From the NCBI GenBank assembly GCA_963733915.1, contig CAVTEP010000001.1, positions 828,214 to 892,213 of the forward strand: a stretch of DNA of 64,000 nucleotides, read 5' to 3'. The notes beneath the pieces are model-generated. The model was not told the DNA's origin. It was given only the letters and a program-made list of their open reading frames with translations, and did not search any database. This document shows positions 1-9,948 of this stretch, piece by piece. Every line of letters begins with the position of its first letter. The stretch's first letter is position 1. The DNA comes from Candidatus Sulfomarinibacteraceae bacterium. Lineage in GTDB: Bacteria > Acidobacteriota > Thermoanaerobaculia > Thermoanaerobaculales > Sulfomarinibacteraceae. Both the position numbers and the translations under genes were made by a program.

Positions 1-2
1 AA

Positions 3-1004
3 CATCCCTTCTACGACAAAGGGCGCGGTGCGGAGATCGAGCTTTTTGCCGCATGGGAGGGTCGCGATGTGGTTGGTCGGGTTGCCGCCATCCTCAATCA
101 CGTCAACAACAAGATTCATGAGGAGAAGGTCGTCTTTTTCGGTTTTTTTGAAACCATCGATCGGCCCGATGTAGCGCGCGGGCTGTTGAACGCGGTCGAG
201 AACTGGGCCGCCGAACGCGGTGCGACTGTTGTTCGCGGGCCGATGAATCCGTCGACGAATTACGAGTGCGGGTTGCTGATCGATGGCTTCGCCCGTCCAC
301 CGGCGCTGATGATGACCTACAACCCACCCTCGTATCCGCGGCTCATCGAGGGTGCGGGCTACCGAAAGGCAAAAGACCTCTACGCCTACATCTCGCCGGT
401 CCACGGCGCCAGCCTGCGCCGCCTGCAACGCCTCGCAGAACGAACCCGCGAACGCAATCCCGGCCTCACCACTCGCGGCGCCAACCTCGCGGAATTCGAC
501 GGCGAGGTCAGGCTGGTGCAGGACATCTACAACGCGGCCTGGGAGAAGAACTGGGGCTTCGTGCCGATGTCCGATGCGGAGATCAATTGGTTGGCCAAGG
601 AGCTCAAACCACTCGTTCACCCCGACCTCCTGCGATTCGCTCTCTACGATGACGAGCCGGTGGGGTTTCTGCTCACCGTGCCCGACTGGAACCCGGTGCT
701 CGCGGACCTCGACGGCTCACCGTGGCGCCACCCGTTCAAGACCCTCAAGCACGTGATGACGAGCAAGCCCGAGACAATGGAGGGCCTCCGCCTCTTCACC
801 CTCGGAGTCAAGCCCGAGCACAGAAAACGCGGTATCGAGGGCATTCTGGTTGGTGAGGGGCTCGAAAAGAGTCTCGAAATCGGTTACGCGTGGTGCGAGT
901 ACTCGTGGATCCTCGAAGACAATGAGCTCACGAAGCGGGCCGTTCGACTCATGGACGGTGAGCTGTACAAGATCTATCGGATCTACGAGAAATCACTGTC
1001 GTGA
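3..1004 (+). CDS. GNAT-fold N-acetyltransferase-like protein (YghO-like), 5' end outside window
   Basis: Frame is open from position 3 (HPFY...GRVAA). Family motifs FGFFE, RGPMNPS, YNPPSYP, NWGFVP, SWILEDN and KIYRIYEK are present. Confidence 0.75.
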   Translation, partial: HPFYDKGRGAEIELFAAWEGRDVVGRVAAILNHVNNKIHEEKVVFFGFFETIDRPDVARGLLNAVENWAAERGATVVRGPMNPSTNYECGLLIDGFARPPALMMTYNPPSYPRLIEGAGYRKAKDLYAYISPVHGASLRRLQRLAERTRERNPGLTTRGANLAEFDGEVRLVQDIYNAAWEKNWGFVPMSDAEINWLAKELKPLVHPDLLRFALYDDEPVGFLLTVPDWNPVLADLDGSPWRHPFKTLKHVMTSKPETMEGLRLFTLGVKPEHRKRGIEGILVGEGLEKSLEIGYAWCEYSWILEDNELTKRAVRLMDGELYKIYRIYEKSLS

Positions 1005-1113
1005 TTTCGAATTTTGAATTCTGAATTCTGAATTTTCAATTCCCGCCCATCCCTCCCCGGTGTCATTGGGGTGGGTGGGGGCATTCCTAATTCCTAATTC
1101 CTAATTCCGAATT
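1005..1113. repeat. Composite intergenic repeat: (GAATTCT)n - CCCGCCCATCCC..GGGGTGGGTGGGG hairpin - (ATTCCTA)n
   Basis: Heptamer tandem repeats on both sides of a C-rich/G-rich inverted core, between convergent genes. Confidence 0.9.
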
Positions 1114-1126
1114 GGGTGGCCGGTGT

Positions 1127-2164
1127 TTACCTACAGAGCGGCTCTCCCGGCTCGCCCGCATTGCCCGTCGCGCGCAGAAAACGTCTCGTTACCTCGCGAA
1201 CCATCCTCCTGACGGGCCTGTCGTTACCGTTTCGGTTGACAAGCGGAATCTGCGCTGCCGCAAGCGCCTGGTGGCCGCCGCCGAAACCGCTGCGGCCTCC
1301 AAGGTTGCGGGCGACGCGGCCCGCGTGGCGCTCCCGGTCCATGGTGCGGAGACTGAGATGGAGCCAGCCGTCGATCTCACCCAGGCACATGGTCCAACGC
1401 ACCTCTTCGGCGCGCAGGAGCAGGTCGGCCGCCTCGGCAACCATCTCCGGCGACTCGAGTCGTCCGAGGAAGGAAACGATACGATCACCGTAGACGGTTG
1501 CCTGGTCGAGTGCGGTGCGGAGCTTCGAAAAATAGCTTCGGGGTAGCGGCGCCTGGACGATGCGCCCGAGCGCACGTGCGTTGGCGTTGGGGTAGAGATC
1601 GAGAAACGCCTCGAGGTCGGCCTTGGTGCTCTCGCGCCCGAGATCCTGAGTGTCGGATCGGATACCGTAGACCATCGCGGTGGCCACCGGGGTCGGGATG
1701 CTGATCTCTGCCGCCCGAAGGTACTCGTACAGGATTGTCGACGTGGCGCCGTATCGGCTGCGGATGTCTGTAAATCGCGCGGAACGGGTTTCACGCCGAA
1801 TCGGGTGGTGGTCGATGACCACATCAAGGCGAACCGCTGAGTCAAAGCTGACATTTCCGGCGCCCGGTTGGGCGTCGACCATGCTCAGGCGGTCGAATCG
1901 ACTGAGGTCGAGATCGGTGAGCGCGCGCGTGTGGAGACCGAGGTATTTCAGCAGGGCGAGATTCTCAGCCCTCCAGATACCTCCGGAATGGCCGATCGAG
2001 CAGGAGATATCATGACGTACGTTCGCCAGCTCGCGGAGCGCGGCGGCAGCAGCGATGGCATCGGGGTCGGGTGTGTTCTGGACAATGATGAGCATGCTGC
2101 GGGCGCCATCGAGCACCGCAGACAGCCTCTCGAGTCTCGTCTCAACGGTCAGGGTTCTACCCAC
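1127..2164 (-). CDS. DHH/DHHA1 family phosphoesterase (NrnA-like)
   Basis: Motifs PDPDA, VIDHH, GIRSDT and GGGH. Confidence 0.9.
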   Translation of the reverse strand: MGRTLTVETRLERLSAVLDGARSMLIIVQNTPDPDAIAAAAALRELANVRHDISCSIGHSGGIWRAENLALLKYLGLHTRALTDLDLSRFDRLSMVDAQPGAGNVSFDSAVRLDVVIDHHPIRRETRSARFTDIRSRYGATSTILYEYLRAAEISIPTPVATAMVYGIRSDTQDLGRESTKADLEAFLDLYPNANARALGRIVQAPLPRSYFSKLRTALDQATVYGDRIVSFLGRLESPEMVAEAADLLLRAEEVRWTMCLGEIDGWLHLSLRTMDRERHAGRVARNLGGRSGFGGGHQALAAAQIPLVNRNGNDRPVRRMVREVTRRFLRATGNAGEPGEPLCR

Positions 2165-2314
2165 CTGTCCCCCTTGTGTGGTTGCGGCGCGATCGAGTGC
2201 ATTTCAACTCCGGCGCGCAAGTATAGCGTTCCTGGCCGCGCTTCGCTCAATCCGACAATTTGTTTTGGATGATGCGTCGTCGAGCACGGGTAGAATGTCC
2301 GTCCGGAGGCGTGG

Positions 2315-4687
2315 ATGATCCGAAGAGGGTGGTTTGTCGTGCTGATGTTGGCGGTGCTGCCACTGGTCGTCACCGTGCTTGGACTCACCCACCTCCGAGC
2401 GCGGTCGGCCTCGAGCCGATTACCCGAACGCGGTTTGATCACCGAGATTGCGCCTCGCTGTCCCGCTCGATCGCAGGTGCTTTTCGATGATCGCGGCATA
2501 CCCCACGTCTTCGCGTCGAGCGAGGCAGCGGTGTGGTTCAGTCAGGGGTACCTTCACGCGCAGGACAGGTTCTTCCAGATGGAAATGATGCGGCGAACGG
2601 CGGCAGGCCGCCTGGCCGGGCTTTTGGGCTCGTCCGGGTTGGAATCCGATCGCAAGATGCGGATCCTGCGCCTCGCCGCCTCGGCGAGACGGCAGCGTGC
2701 GCAGCTTTCGGCTGACGAGAGTGCGGTGCTCGAGGCATACGCCGCCGGCGTCAATGCCGCGCTCGAACGGTACGGACGGTGGATCGCTCCCGAAATCTGG
2801 TTGCTCGGTCTGGATCCGGAGCCGTGGCAGATCGAGGACTCACTCTCCATAGGCCTCCTGTTGCAGCTCGACCTGAGCTGGGCGATGGGTGAGGAGCTCA
2901 AGCGGGCGGTGGAGCTGGCCAGTCTCGGCCGCGAGCGGGCGATCTCACTGTGGGGATGGACGTCAGATCAGGCTCGGGATTGGATCCCTCCGGGTGATGG
3001 CATCCGCCAGCCCCGGCGTGATCACGAAGCGATCACCCCGGCGATGGGAGGCGTCGGCTCCAACAGTTGGGTTGTGGGTCCGGAACTGAGCGCCACCGGA
3101 CGGCCGTTGCTTGCCAATGATCCGCACCTCGGTGTTCAGATACCGGGCACCTTCTTTGCCATCCATCTGCAGGGGCCGAGAACCGATGTGGCCGGTGGCT
3201 CGATGGCCGGGCTGCCGGGGGTCATCATCGGTCACACCAAACACGTGGCCTGGGGGCTGACCCTGGCGATGCTCGACGATCAAGATCTTTTTGTTCTCAC
3301 GCTTGACGATTCGGGGGACCGCGAGTTGATTGACGGCCGGTGGAGTCACCTGCGGACGGTCACCGAGAATATCGTTGTCCGATGGCAGCCTGAACCGGTG
3401 CTGCTCAAAATCCGACTTTCGGTCAACGGTCCTTTGGTCCGCGAGGGCGGGGGAGAATCGCTCGCACTGTCGTGGGCGGCGTTTAACGGACCGAGCATGC
3501 TGCCGGCAATTCTGGGGATGAACCGGGCATCGTCCGTAGAGGACGTGGCCTCGGCGTGGAACGACGTCCTGAGTCCGTCGCTTTGTCTGGTGGCGGCCGA
3601 TACCTCCGGGCACATCCTGCACCAGGTCGTCGGCAGGGCGCCGGAACGCAGGCGGGGCGGAGGCCGGTTGCCCGCACCCGGCTCCGATTCGCGATGGGCG
3701 TGGAGGGGATTCCGGCCTCTGTCGTCGAAGTTGAGGCGTCTCGATCCAAGCGACGGCATCCTCGCCACGGCAAACCACGATCTCTTTGCCGAGGGGGACT
3801 TTCCGGAAAGGGACCGCCTCCCGGGTGATTTTGCTCCTCCCTGGCGGGTCCGACGGATCCGCAGCGTTCTAGCGTCGCGGTCGGAATGGACCGTGGATGG
3901 CTTCGCCGAGCTGCAGGGTGATGTGCAGTCGGGACGCGCAATCGCGATCCTCAAACAACTGTGGACCGATTTCGAGAATCATGGCGGGCGAAGCGCGCAG
4001 GAACTCATGTCGTGGGACGCGAGGATGGACGCGAATTCGACGGCCGCGGCCCTTTTCTCCACGTTCATGATCGAGCTGGGGGAGGCGGTCGCTGGTGATG
4101 AGGCGCGCCGCGACCGTCTCGACTGGAATCCACTTGGTTCGGACGGGTTGCTCAGGCTCCTCGCCGGCGGTCTGGAGGAGGCGTGGTGGGATGACGTGGG
4201 GGCGGATGGTCAGCAGTCCCGGGCGGAGATCGTGGGTCAGGTTCTCGATCGTATGGATCGGGCCGCACCGGGACCGACTTGGGGGGCGGTCCACAAAGTC
4301 GCGTTCGAGCACCCGCTGGCGCAAGCCCCCGGTGTCGGCCGATTGGTGGCCAACTCTTGGAGCCGTGGTCCGTTCGCCGTTGGAGGCGACAACGTCACAG
4401 TCAACGCTACCTGCTGGGACGTCGACCGGCCCTTCACCGTCACATCACTGCCGGCCATGCGTTTCGTCACCGAGGTCGGCGACTGGGACGAGACCATTCT
4501 CATACTGCCGGTGGGGGAGAGCGGTCGGCCGTGGTCGCCGCACTACGCCGACCAGATCGACAGCTGGCTCAACATCGGAACCGATCGTTTTCCTTTTTCC
4601 CGCGAGGCGGTTGAGGCTGTCGCGGTCGCGGAGCTCGAGTTAGTGCCGGTGGACGCCGAAGCGACTCGCGAGGTCACAGCGCGGTGA
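2315..4687 (+). CDS. Penicillin acylase family (Ntn hydrolase, S45)
   Basis: Motifs DDRGIPHV, GYLHAQDRFFQM, beta-chain start GSNSW, LANDPHL and GESG..SPHY.DQ. N-terminal signal anchor. Confidence 0.92.
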   Translation: MIRRGWFVVLMLAVLPLVVTVLGLTHLRARSASSRLPERGLITEIAPRCPARSQVLFDDRGIPHVFASSEAAVWFSQGYLHAQDRFFQMEMMRRTAAGRLAGLLGSSGLESDRKMRILRLAASARRQRAQLSADESAVLEAYAAGVNAALERYGRWIAPEIWLLGLDPEPWQIEDSLSIGLLLQLDLSWAMGEELKRAVELASLGRERAISLWGWTSDQARDWIPPGDGIRQPRRDHEAITPAMGGVGSNSWVVGPELSATGRPLLANDPHLGVQIPGTFFAIHLQGPRTDVAGGSMAGLPGVIIGHTKHVAWGLTLAMLDDQDLFVLTLDDSGDRELIDGRWSHLRTVTENIVVRWQPEPVLLKIRLSVNGPLVREGGGESLALSWAAFNGPSMLPAILGMNRASSVEDVASAWNDVLSPSLCLVAADTSGHILHQVVGRAPERRRGGGRLPAPGSDSRWAWRGFRPLSSKLRRLDPSDGILATANHDLFAEGDFPERDRLPGDFAPPWRVRRIRSVLASRSEWTVDGFAELQGDVQSGRAIAILKQLWTDFENHGGRSAQELMSWDARMDANSTAAALFSTFMIELGEAVAGDEARRDRLDWNPLGSDGLLRLLAGGLEEAWWDDVGADGQQSRAEIVGQVLDRMDRAAPGPTWGAVHKVAFEHPLAQAPGVGRLVANSWSRGPFAVGGDNVTVNATCWDVDRPFTVTSLPAMRFVTEVGDWDETILILPVGESGRPWSPHYADQIDSWLNIGTDRFPFSREAVEAVAVAELELVPVDAEATREVTAR

Positions 4688-5340
4688 GCGGACAGTCGAG
4701 CGTCGCCGATAGGGCCTTGGTTCGCGGCGGCCGTCTCGCGCTCGTGACCTGCGGGCCGCAGCTGGAAGTGGCCCTGGTGACCGCCTCCTCTCGTGCGGTC
4801 TCCATGGTGCGGTTGGCTGGAGTGGCGCCACGCTCGACCCTCGTGTTGGCGGCAGTCGATCTTCTGGTTGAGGACGCCGGCCTCGCGCCCGATGAAGTGA
4901 CCGAGATTGTGGTTTCCCGCGGGCCGGGCTCCTTTACCGGAATCCGGGCCGGGCTCGCGACCGCGGCCGGGCTGGTCGCCGCCACCAGCGCCGTTTGCCT
5001 CGCCTATGACTCGTTGCTCATGCTCGCCGCGAGGTGCGGCGGATCGAGCCGAGTCTGGAGTGCTCAACCGGGTCGCCGGGGCGAATTCTATGCCCGCCGC
5101 TTCAAGCTCGACGATGGTGTTGCGCCGCGCACTGACAGCGAGATCGAGATCGTGCCCTTTGCGGACTTGGGCCTGCGTGGGCCCTGGGTGGCCGCCGAAG
5201 CACTCGACCTCGGCGCCGCCGAACGAGCGACCACCGTCCGCGGAGCGGCGGAAGCCCTCCTCCATCTCGCAGCGTTGGAGACCCCCTCCGACCCGTTGGA
5301 AGCGCTCTACATTGAGGGACCCCCGATTGCCGAGCGCTGA
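4684..5340 (+). CDS. tsaB: tRNA threonylcarbamoyladenosine biosynthesis protein TsaB
   Basis: GPGSFTGIR motif; lies directly upstream of rimI. Confidence 0.85.
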   Translation: MSGQSSVADRALVRGGRLALVTCGPQLEVALVTASSRAVSMVRLAGVAPRSTLVLAAVDLLVEDAGLAPDEVTEIVVSRGPGSFTGIRAGLATAAGLVAATSAVCLAYDSLLMLAARCGGSSRVWSAQPGRRGEFYARRFKLDDGVAPRTDSEIEIVPFADLGLRGPWVAAEALDLGAAERATTVRGAAEALLHLAALETPSDPLEALYIEGPPIAER

Positions 5341-5803
5341 GACGGGCGAGCGGTTGTCGGTGCGACCGCCCCAACTGGGCGACTCGCGGGCGCTGGCCGA
5401 GGCGGAGGTTGTCTGTTTTTCGGACCCGTGGCCGGCCCAATTCTTTGTCTCAGAGATCCTGGCGGACGGACGCTTCAACCGACTCCTTGTTGATCCTGCC
5501 GGACACATGGTGGCCTACCTCTTCTGCGCCTGGCAGTATCTGGATCTGCACGTGCTCAAGGTCGCCACCATGCCGTCGCACCGACGCAAAGGTCTCGCAC
5601 TGCGCCTGATGGCGATCGCCGAAGCCCACGCGGTCGAAGCCGGCGGCGAGTCTCTGACTCTCGAAGTGCGGGCGTCCAACGACGGCGCCATCGCCCTTTA
5701 TGAAACGCTCCGCTACTACCAGGCAGGCGTGCGCCGAGGCTACTACCAGGACGGCGAGGACGCGGTCGTCATGACAAAACGAATTCAGAATTCGGAATTC
5801 TGA
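5327..5803 (+). CDS. rimI: Ribosomal protein S18 alanine N-acetyltransferase
   Basis: Motifs FSDPW, RRKGLA, LEVRASN..AI.LY and GVRRGYY..GEDA. Probable TTG start at 5327. The C-terminal IQNSEF* is encoded by a heptamer repeat. Confidence 0.9.
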   Translation: MPSAETGERLSVRPPQLGDSRALAEAEVVCFSDPWPAQFFVSEILADGRFNRLLVDPAGHMVAYLFCAWQYLDLHVLKVATMPSHRRKGLALRLMAIAEAHAVEAGGESLTLEVRASNDGAIALYETLRYYQAGVRRGYYQDGEDAVVMTKRIQNSEF

Positions 5804-5997
5804 ATTCTGAAAAGGGGAAAAGGGGAAAAGGAGACCAACCGCCCTCCGACTGTGCCCCACCGCCAACGCTCTCCTGCTCCTCTGCCCCTCCGCTCCTTTT
5901 CTCCTTTTCACGGCAGGGTGGGCGGAAACTCGAAATTCGAAATCCGAAATCCGAAATGGAGGGGAGGGCGGGAATTCCTAATTCCTAATTCCTAATT
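5781..5997. repeat. Composite intergenic repeat: (GAATTCN)n, (AAAAGGGG)n...(CTCCTTTT)n, GGGTGGGCGG, (AAATCCG)n, (AATTCCT)n
   Basis: Several tandem-repeat blocks between convergent rimI and fumC, overlapping both stop codons. Confidence 0.9.
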
Positions 5998-7383
5998 TGA
6001 AGGTCGTGCCATCTCTTCCGGTCGGACCAGCCTGTCGAACTCCTCGGCGGTCAGGAATCCGAGCGCGACGGCGGCCTCCTTGAGCGTGATGTTATCCGCG
6101 TGGGCCTTCTTCGCCACCTTGGCGGCGTTGTCGTAGCCGATTTTCGGATTGAGGGCCGTCACCAGCATCAGGCTGCGTTCGAGGTGGTCCGCGATGTGAT
6201 CGCGGTCAGGCTCGATGCCAGCCACGCAGTTGTCGGCAAAACTGCGGCAGGAGTCGCCGAGCAGACGAATCGACTGCAGAAGGTTGAAGATCATCAGTGG
6301 CTTGAAGACGTTGAGTTCCAGGTAGCCGCCCGAGCCACCGAAGGAGATCGCGACATCGTTGCCAACGACCTGTGCGGCGACCATCGTCAACGCCTCGCAC
6401 TGGGTCGGGTTCACCTTTCCGGGCATGATCGATGAGCCGGGCTCATTCGCCGGAAGGATGAGCTCCGCCAGCCCGCTTCGGGGCCCGGATGCGAGGAGGC
6501 GGATGTCGTTGGCGATCTTGATCAGCGATACCGCCACCGTTTTCAGGGCACCGCTGGCCTGAACCACCGCATCGTGTGCGGACAGAGCCTCGAATTTGTT
6601 CGGTGCCGTCACGAATGGCAGCCCCGTGATGTCGGCGATCTCGGCCGCAGCGCAAACCGCGAACTCCGGGTGGGTGTTGAGCCCGGTCCCGACCGCGGTG
6701 CCGCCGAGCGCGAGCTCGTAAAGGTCCGGAAGTGCGGCCCGGACCCGCTCGATGCCCTTGGAAATCTGATGCGCCCAGGCCGAAAACTCGTCGCCCAGGG
6801 CCAGGGGTACAGCGTCCATCAGGTGGGTGCGCCCGATCTTGACGACGGAGTCGAAGTCCACGGCCTTGGCGGCGAGGGAGTCGCGGAGATGATCAAGCGC
6901 CGGCAGCAGGTGATGGACTATGCGTTCGGCGGCCGCGATGTGCATCGCCGTGGGAAAGGTGTCGTTGGAAGACTGGCCACGGTTGACGTGGTCATTCGGG
7001 TGGATCGGGTCCTTGCTGCCGATGACGCCGCCGGCCAACTCGATTGCGCGATTGGCGATGACCTCATTGGCATTCATGTTTGTCTGGGTCCCGCTGCCTG
7101 TCTGCCAGACCACGAGCGGAAAGTGGTCGTCGAGGTCGCCGTCGATGACCTCCTGCGCGGCTCGCGCGATGAGCTCGGCCGTCGGCTCGGGAAGGACTCC
7201 GAGTGCGGCATTGGATCGGGATGCAGCCAGCTTGAGGACGCCGAGGGCCCGGATCAGCTCGCGCGGCATGCGCTCGTCGCCGATCTTGAAATTTTCGAGG
7301 GAACGGGCGGTTTGTGCGCCCCAATAGCGGTTGGCGGGCACCTCGACTTTGCCCATGGTGTCCTCCTCGATGCGGGTTTTCAT
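5992..7383 (-). CDS. fumC: Class II fumarate hydratase
   Basis: Motifs [22 protein letters not shown] and [12 protein letters not shown]. Confidence 0.97.
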   Translation of the reverse strand: MKTRIEEDTMGKVEVPANRYWGAQTARSLENFKIGDERMPRELIRALGVLKLAASRSNAALGVLPEPTAELIARAAQEVIDGDLDDHFPLVVWQTGSGTQTNMNANEVIANRAIELAGGVIGSKDPIHPNDHVNRGQSSNDTFPTAMHIAAAERIVHHLLPALDHLRDSLAAKAVDFDSVVKIGRTHLMDAVPLALGDEFSAWAHQISKGIERVRAALPDLYELALGGTAVGTGLNTHPEFAVCAAAEIADITGLPFVTAPNKFEALSAHDAVVQASGALKTVAVSLIKIANDIRLLASGPRSGLAELILPANEPGSSIMPGKVNPTQCEALTMVAAQVVGNDVAISFGGSGGYLELNVFKPLMIFNLLQSIRLLGDSCRSFADNCVAGIEPDRDHIADHLERSLMLVTALNPKIGYDNAAKVAKKAHADNITLKEAAVALGFLTAEEFDRLVRPEEMARPSN

Positions 7384-7467
7384 GGTCTCGTCCTCCTCAC
7401 TAGAGGTGATCGCCGCCGGAGGCGGATTATTCCTGAATTAGCTGAGATTGTGCAAAAGTTGTAAAAT

Positions 7468-8586
7468 ATGGACATGGGACTGTTGGGCGAGATGCTCGTC
7501 GAGCGCGGGGCGATTTCGGTTGAGCAGCTGCACGCCGGGCTTGCCGCCTGTCGCAAGGGTGGTGCACGACTGGGCACCTATCTTGTGGACTACGGCTATA
7601 TCGACGAACGCAAACTGCTCGAAGCGCTCGCCGAGCAGCACGGCGTGCCGTTCATCTCCGAGCCGACACTGATTGAATTCCTGAGTGCGCTCGATTATGG
7701 CGTGATGCCGCGATCCATGCTCCGCCGCCTGCGAGTTGTCCCTTTTCGGAAGGTCAAGGACCGAATGCAGGTGGCGATGAGCAACCCCGCCGACGCCAAA
7801 GCCATTGACCGCATCGCCAACTACACCCAACTGCACGTGGAGCCGTTCGTTGCAACCGACCGCACGATTGAGCTTGCCCTCGACAAAGCCAAGGAGGCGG
7901 CGCCCGACATCGCGGTGGAAGAAGACCTGCTGACCGACGTCGTGGCCGCGGACAGCGGTTTTGGTTGGGACAACCTCTGGCAGCCACAACTCGACCCCGA
8001 GGTCCTGCTCAAGATGCACAGCCGCCCGCGTGCAGCCAACATGGTGCTGGTGGCGAGCTTTCCCAATTTGGTGCCGGTGGGCTCGTCGGACGGCAAGGCG
8101 CGCGGCATCGTGGTCGGCAGCAGGGAGTTGATGCAGCAGTTCGGAAGCACGACCAACGCCGGCGAGATTGGCGAGATTCTGGTCCATTTTGCAGCGCAAC
8201 GGCTCGATCGCGTCTGTCTTTTCGCGGTCCATCACGGCAAGATCTCGGGATGGATGGGCAAGGGTCTGCCCCTGGACGCCGCCGAGGTCCGCTCGTTCTC
8301 GGTGCTTGCCGAGATACCGTCAATCTTCTGGGAGCTCTCGGAGAACGATCGCTTCGTAGGCCCGGTTCCCGGCGGTCCAGTCGACGACGGCATCCTGAAG
8401 ATCCTCGGCCAGCCGCCACCGAACGAAGTACTGATGGTCCCGATGAAGATGAAGGGTCGGACGAAGGGCTTCCTTCTCGGTGATATTCCGAGCCAGTCAA
8501 TTCCGGATGCCGTGGTCGACGATTTGGTTTCGGCGGCGCGTGCGGCAGGAGAGGCCCTGGCCGCGGTACTGCGCGGCAGGGTCTGA
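7468..8586 (+). CDS. MshEN/T2SSE_N-domain protein with C-terminal GAF-like region, no ATPase
   Basis: Tandem LGxxLxxxGxI motifs (LLGEMLVERGAIS / RLGTYLVDYGYID) and VAMSNP; no Walker motifs. Confidence 0.75.
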   Translation: MDMGLLGEMLVERGAISVEQLHAGLAACRKGGARLGTYLVDYGYIDERKLLEALAEQHGVPFISEPTLIEFLSALDYGVMPRSMLRRLRVVPFRKVKDRMQVAMSNPADAKAIDRIANYTQLHVEPFVATDRTIELALDKAKEAAPDIAVEEDLLTDVVAADSGFGWDNLWQPQLDPEVLLKMHSRPRAANMVLVASFPNLVPVGSSDGKARGIVVGSRELMQQFGSTTNAGEIGEILVHFAAQRLDRVCLFAVHHGKISGWMGKGLPLDAAEVRSFSVLAEIPSIFWELSENDRFVGPVPGGPVDDGILKILGQPPPNEVLMVPMKMKGRTKGFLLGDIPSQSIPDAVVDDLVSAARAAGEALAAVLRGRV

Positions 8587-8655
8587 CGGCCGTGGCCACT
8601 CGCTTTTTAGGTGAGCGGAGATCCACCTGACCATCACCGCGAATTCCGATAGGAT

Positions 8656-9774
8656 GTGTCCATGAAACGGCTGGGCGAGATTCTGCTCGAGCGGGGCGCG
8701 ATTGCGATCGCCGAGCTGCACACCGGGCTGGAAGCATGCCATTACAGCGGCGGCCGGCTCGGGACCCAGCTGCTGAAGTTCGGCTTCGTCGACGAACACG
8801 CCCTCCTCGAGGCGCTGTCAGAACAGCTCAACGTGCCGACCGTCGCAGCGGCGGTCCTCCGTCGTGCGCCGGACACCCTTCGGCGCCTGATTCCCCTCAA
8901 CGTCGCCCGTCGCCTGCAGGTTGTGGTCTTTGACAAAAAGGAGGGAAAACTGAGTGTGGCGATGACGACACCGAGGAGCCCATCCGCGATCGAGGAGGTG
9001 GTCAGTTACGTGGGCCTCGATATTGCGACCTACGTGGCGACCGAGGTCGGCATCCTGACGGCGCTGTCCGAGGTCAGGGAGGCGTCCGACGGCGCCTCGG
9101 TGCGGTCCGCCGATGCCGCTCTCCGCGATGTGGAGGACGAGTGGCAGCGGTTGTGGAGGCCACCGCTTCTTCGCGCTACCGATCTGCTGCAACCAAGGCG
9201 TCCACGAAACCACGAGCAGATGCCTTTAGCAGCAACATTTCCGGGTCTCGCTCCGGTTCCGGACGGTGGAGTTGTCGCGGCCATTGGAGCTCTCGACGAC
9301 GAGGCTTTCAATCACCTCCTGCGCGACGTGGATCACCGGGACGAGGTTGGTGAGCTGCTCCTGCGTCGTGCATCGGCAGCCCTCGAGCGCTGCTATCTGC
9401 TTGCCATTCACTCCGGCCACATCGTCGGGTGGCTCGCGAAGGGGCCCGGGATGGTCGTCGACGACGTGCAGTCGTTCATAGCCCCGGCCGAGGCGCCATC
9501 GATCCTCTCCAAGCTCAACGGGGCTGAGAGCTTCTGCGGCCAGATTCCGGCCGGCCAGGTCAACGACGAGCTGGTAAAGATCTTTGGCGAACCGAAGCCG
9601 CTCGATGTCGGCATCTTCCCGATCCTCGTCAAGAACCGGGTGGTGGCGTATCTGGTTGGTGACATTCTCGGCTACGGCCTGCCAAAGGACGATCAGAAAC
9701 GGCTCCTGGCGGCGGCCCAAAAGGCAGGTATCGCGCTCGAAATCCTGATCATGAAGAAGAAAATCCTCTCCTGA
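8656..9774 (+). CDS. MshEN/T2SSE_N-domain protein, paralog of the upstream gene
   Basis: RLGEILLERGAI / RLGTQLLKFGFVD; same architecture as 7468..8586. Alternative ATG at 8662. Confidence 0.75.
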   Translation: MSMKRLGEILLERGAIAIAELHTGLEACHYSGGRLGTQLLKFGFVDEHALLEALSEQLNVPTVAAAVLRRAPDTLRRLIPLNVARRLQVVVFDKKEGKLSVAMTTPRSPSAIEEVVSYVGLDIATYVATEVGILTALSEVREASDGASVRSADAALRDVEDEWQRLWRPPLLRATDLLQPRRPRNHEQMPLAATFPGLAPVPDGGVVAAIGALDDEAFNHLLRDVDHRDEVGELLLRRASAALERCYLLAIHSGHIVGWLAKGPGMVVDDVQSFIAPAEAPSILSKLNGAESFCGQIPAGQVNDELVKIFGEPKPLDVGIFPILVKNRVVAYLVGDILGYGLPKDDQKRLLAAAQKAGIALEILIMKKKILS

Positions 9775-9777
9775 CGC

Positions 9778-9899
9778 TCCCTCCCGACCCACCCCTCCGT
9801 GAAAAGGAGAAAAGGCGCAGAGGAGCAGAGGGGTGGGCGCGGTCTCCTTTTCCCCTTTTCTCCTTTTCCCCTTTTCACACACTGCATCCTGCATCCTGG
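9778..9899. repeat. Composite intergenic repeat: CCCACCC, (AAAAGGAG)n, GGGTGGG, (CTCCTTTT/CCCCTTTT)n, (TGCATCC)2
   Basis: Inverted octamer arms, same family as 5810-5910 and 25220-25384. Confidence 0.85.
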
Positions 9900-9921
9900 A
9901 CCGAGCGTCTCGAAGCGGGCG

Positions 9922-9941
9922 TATAATCGCCGCCCAGGAGG
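9922..9941 (+). promoter_or_regulatory. Putative sigma70 -10 box (TATAAT) and SD (AGGAGG) of the class I fumarase operon
   Basis: Perfect TATAAT at 9922-9927 in GC-rich DNA; AGGAGG 7 nt before ATG 9949. No clear -35. Confidence 0.55.
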
Positions 9942-9948
9942 TGCCTGC

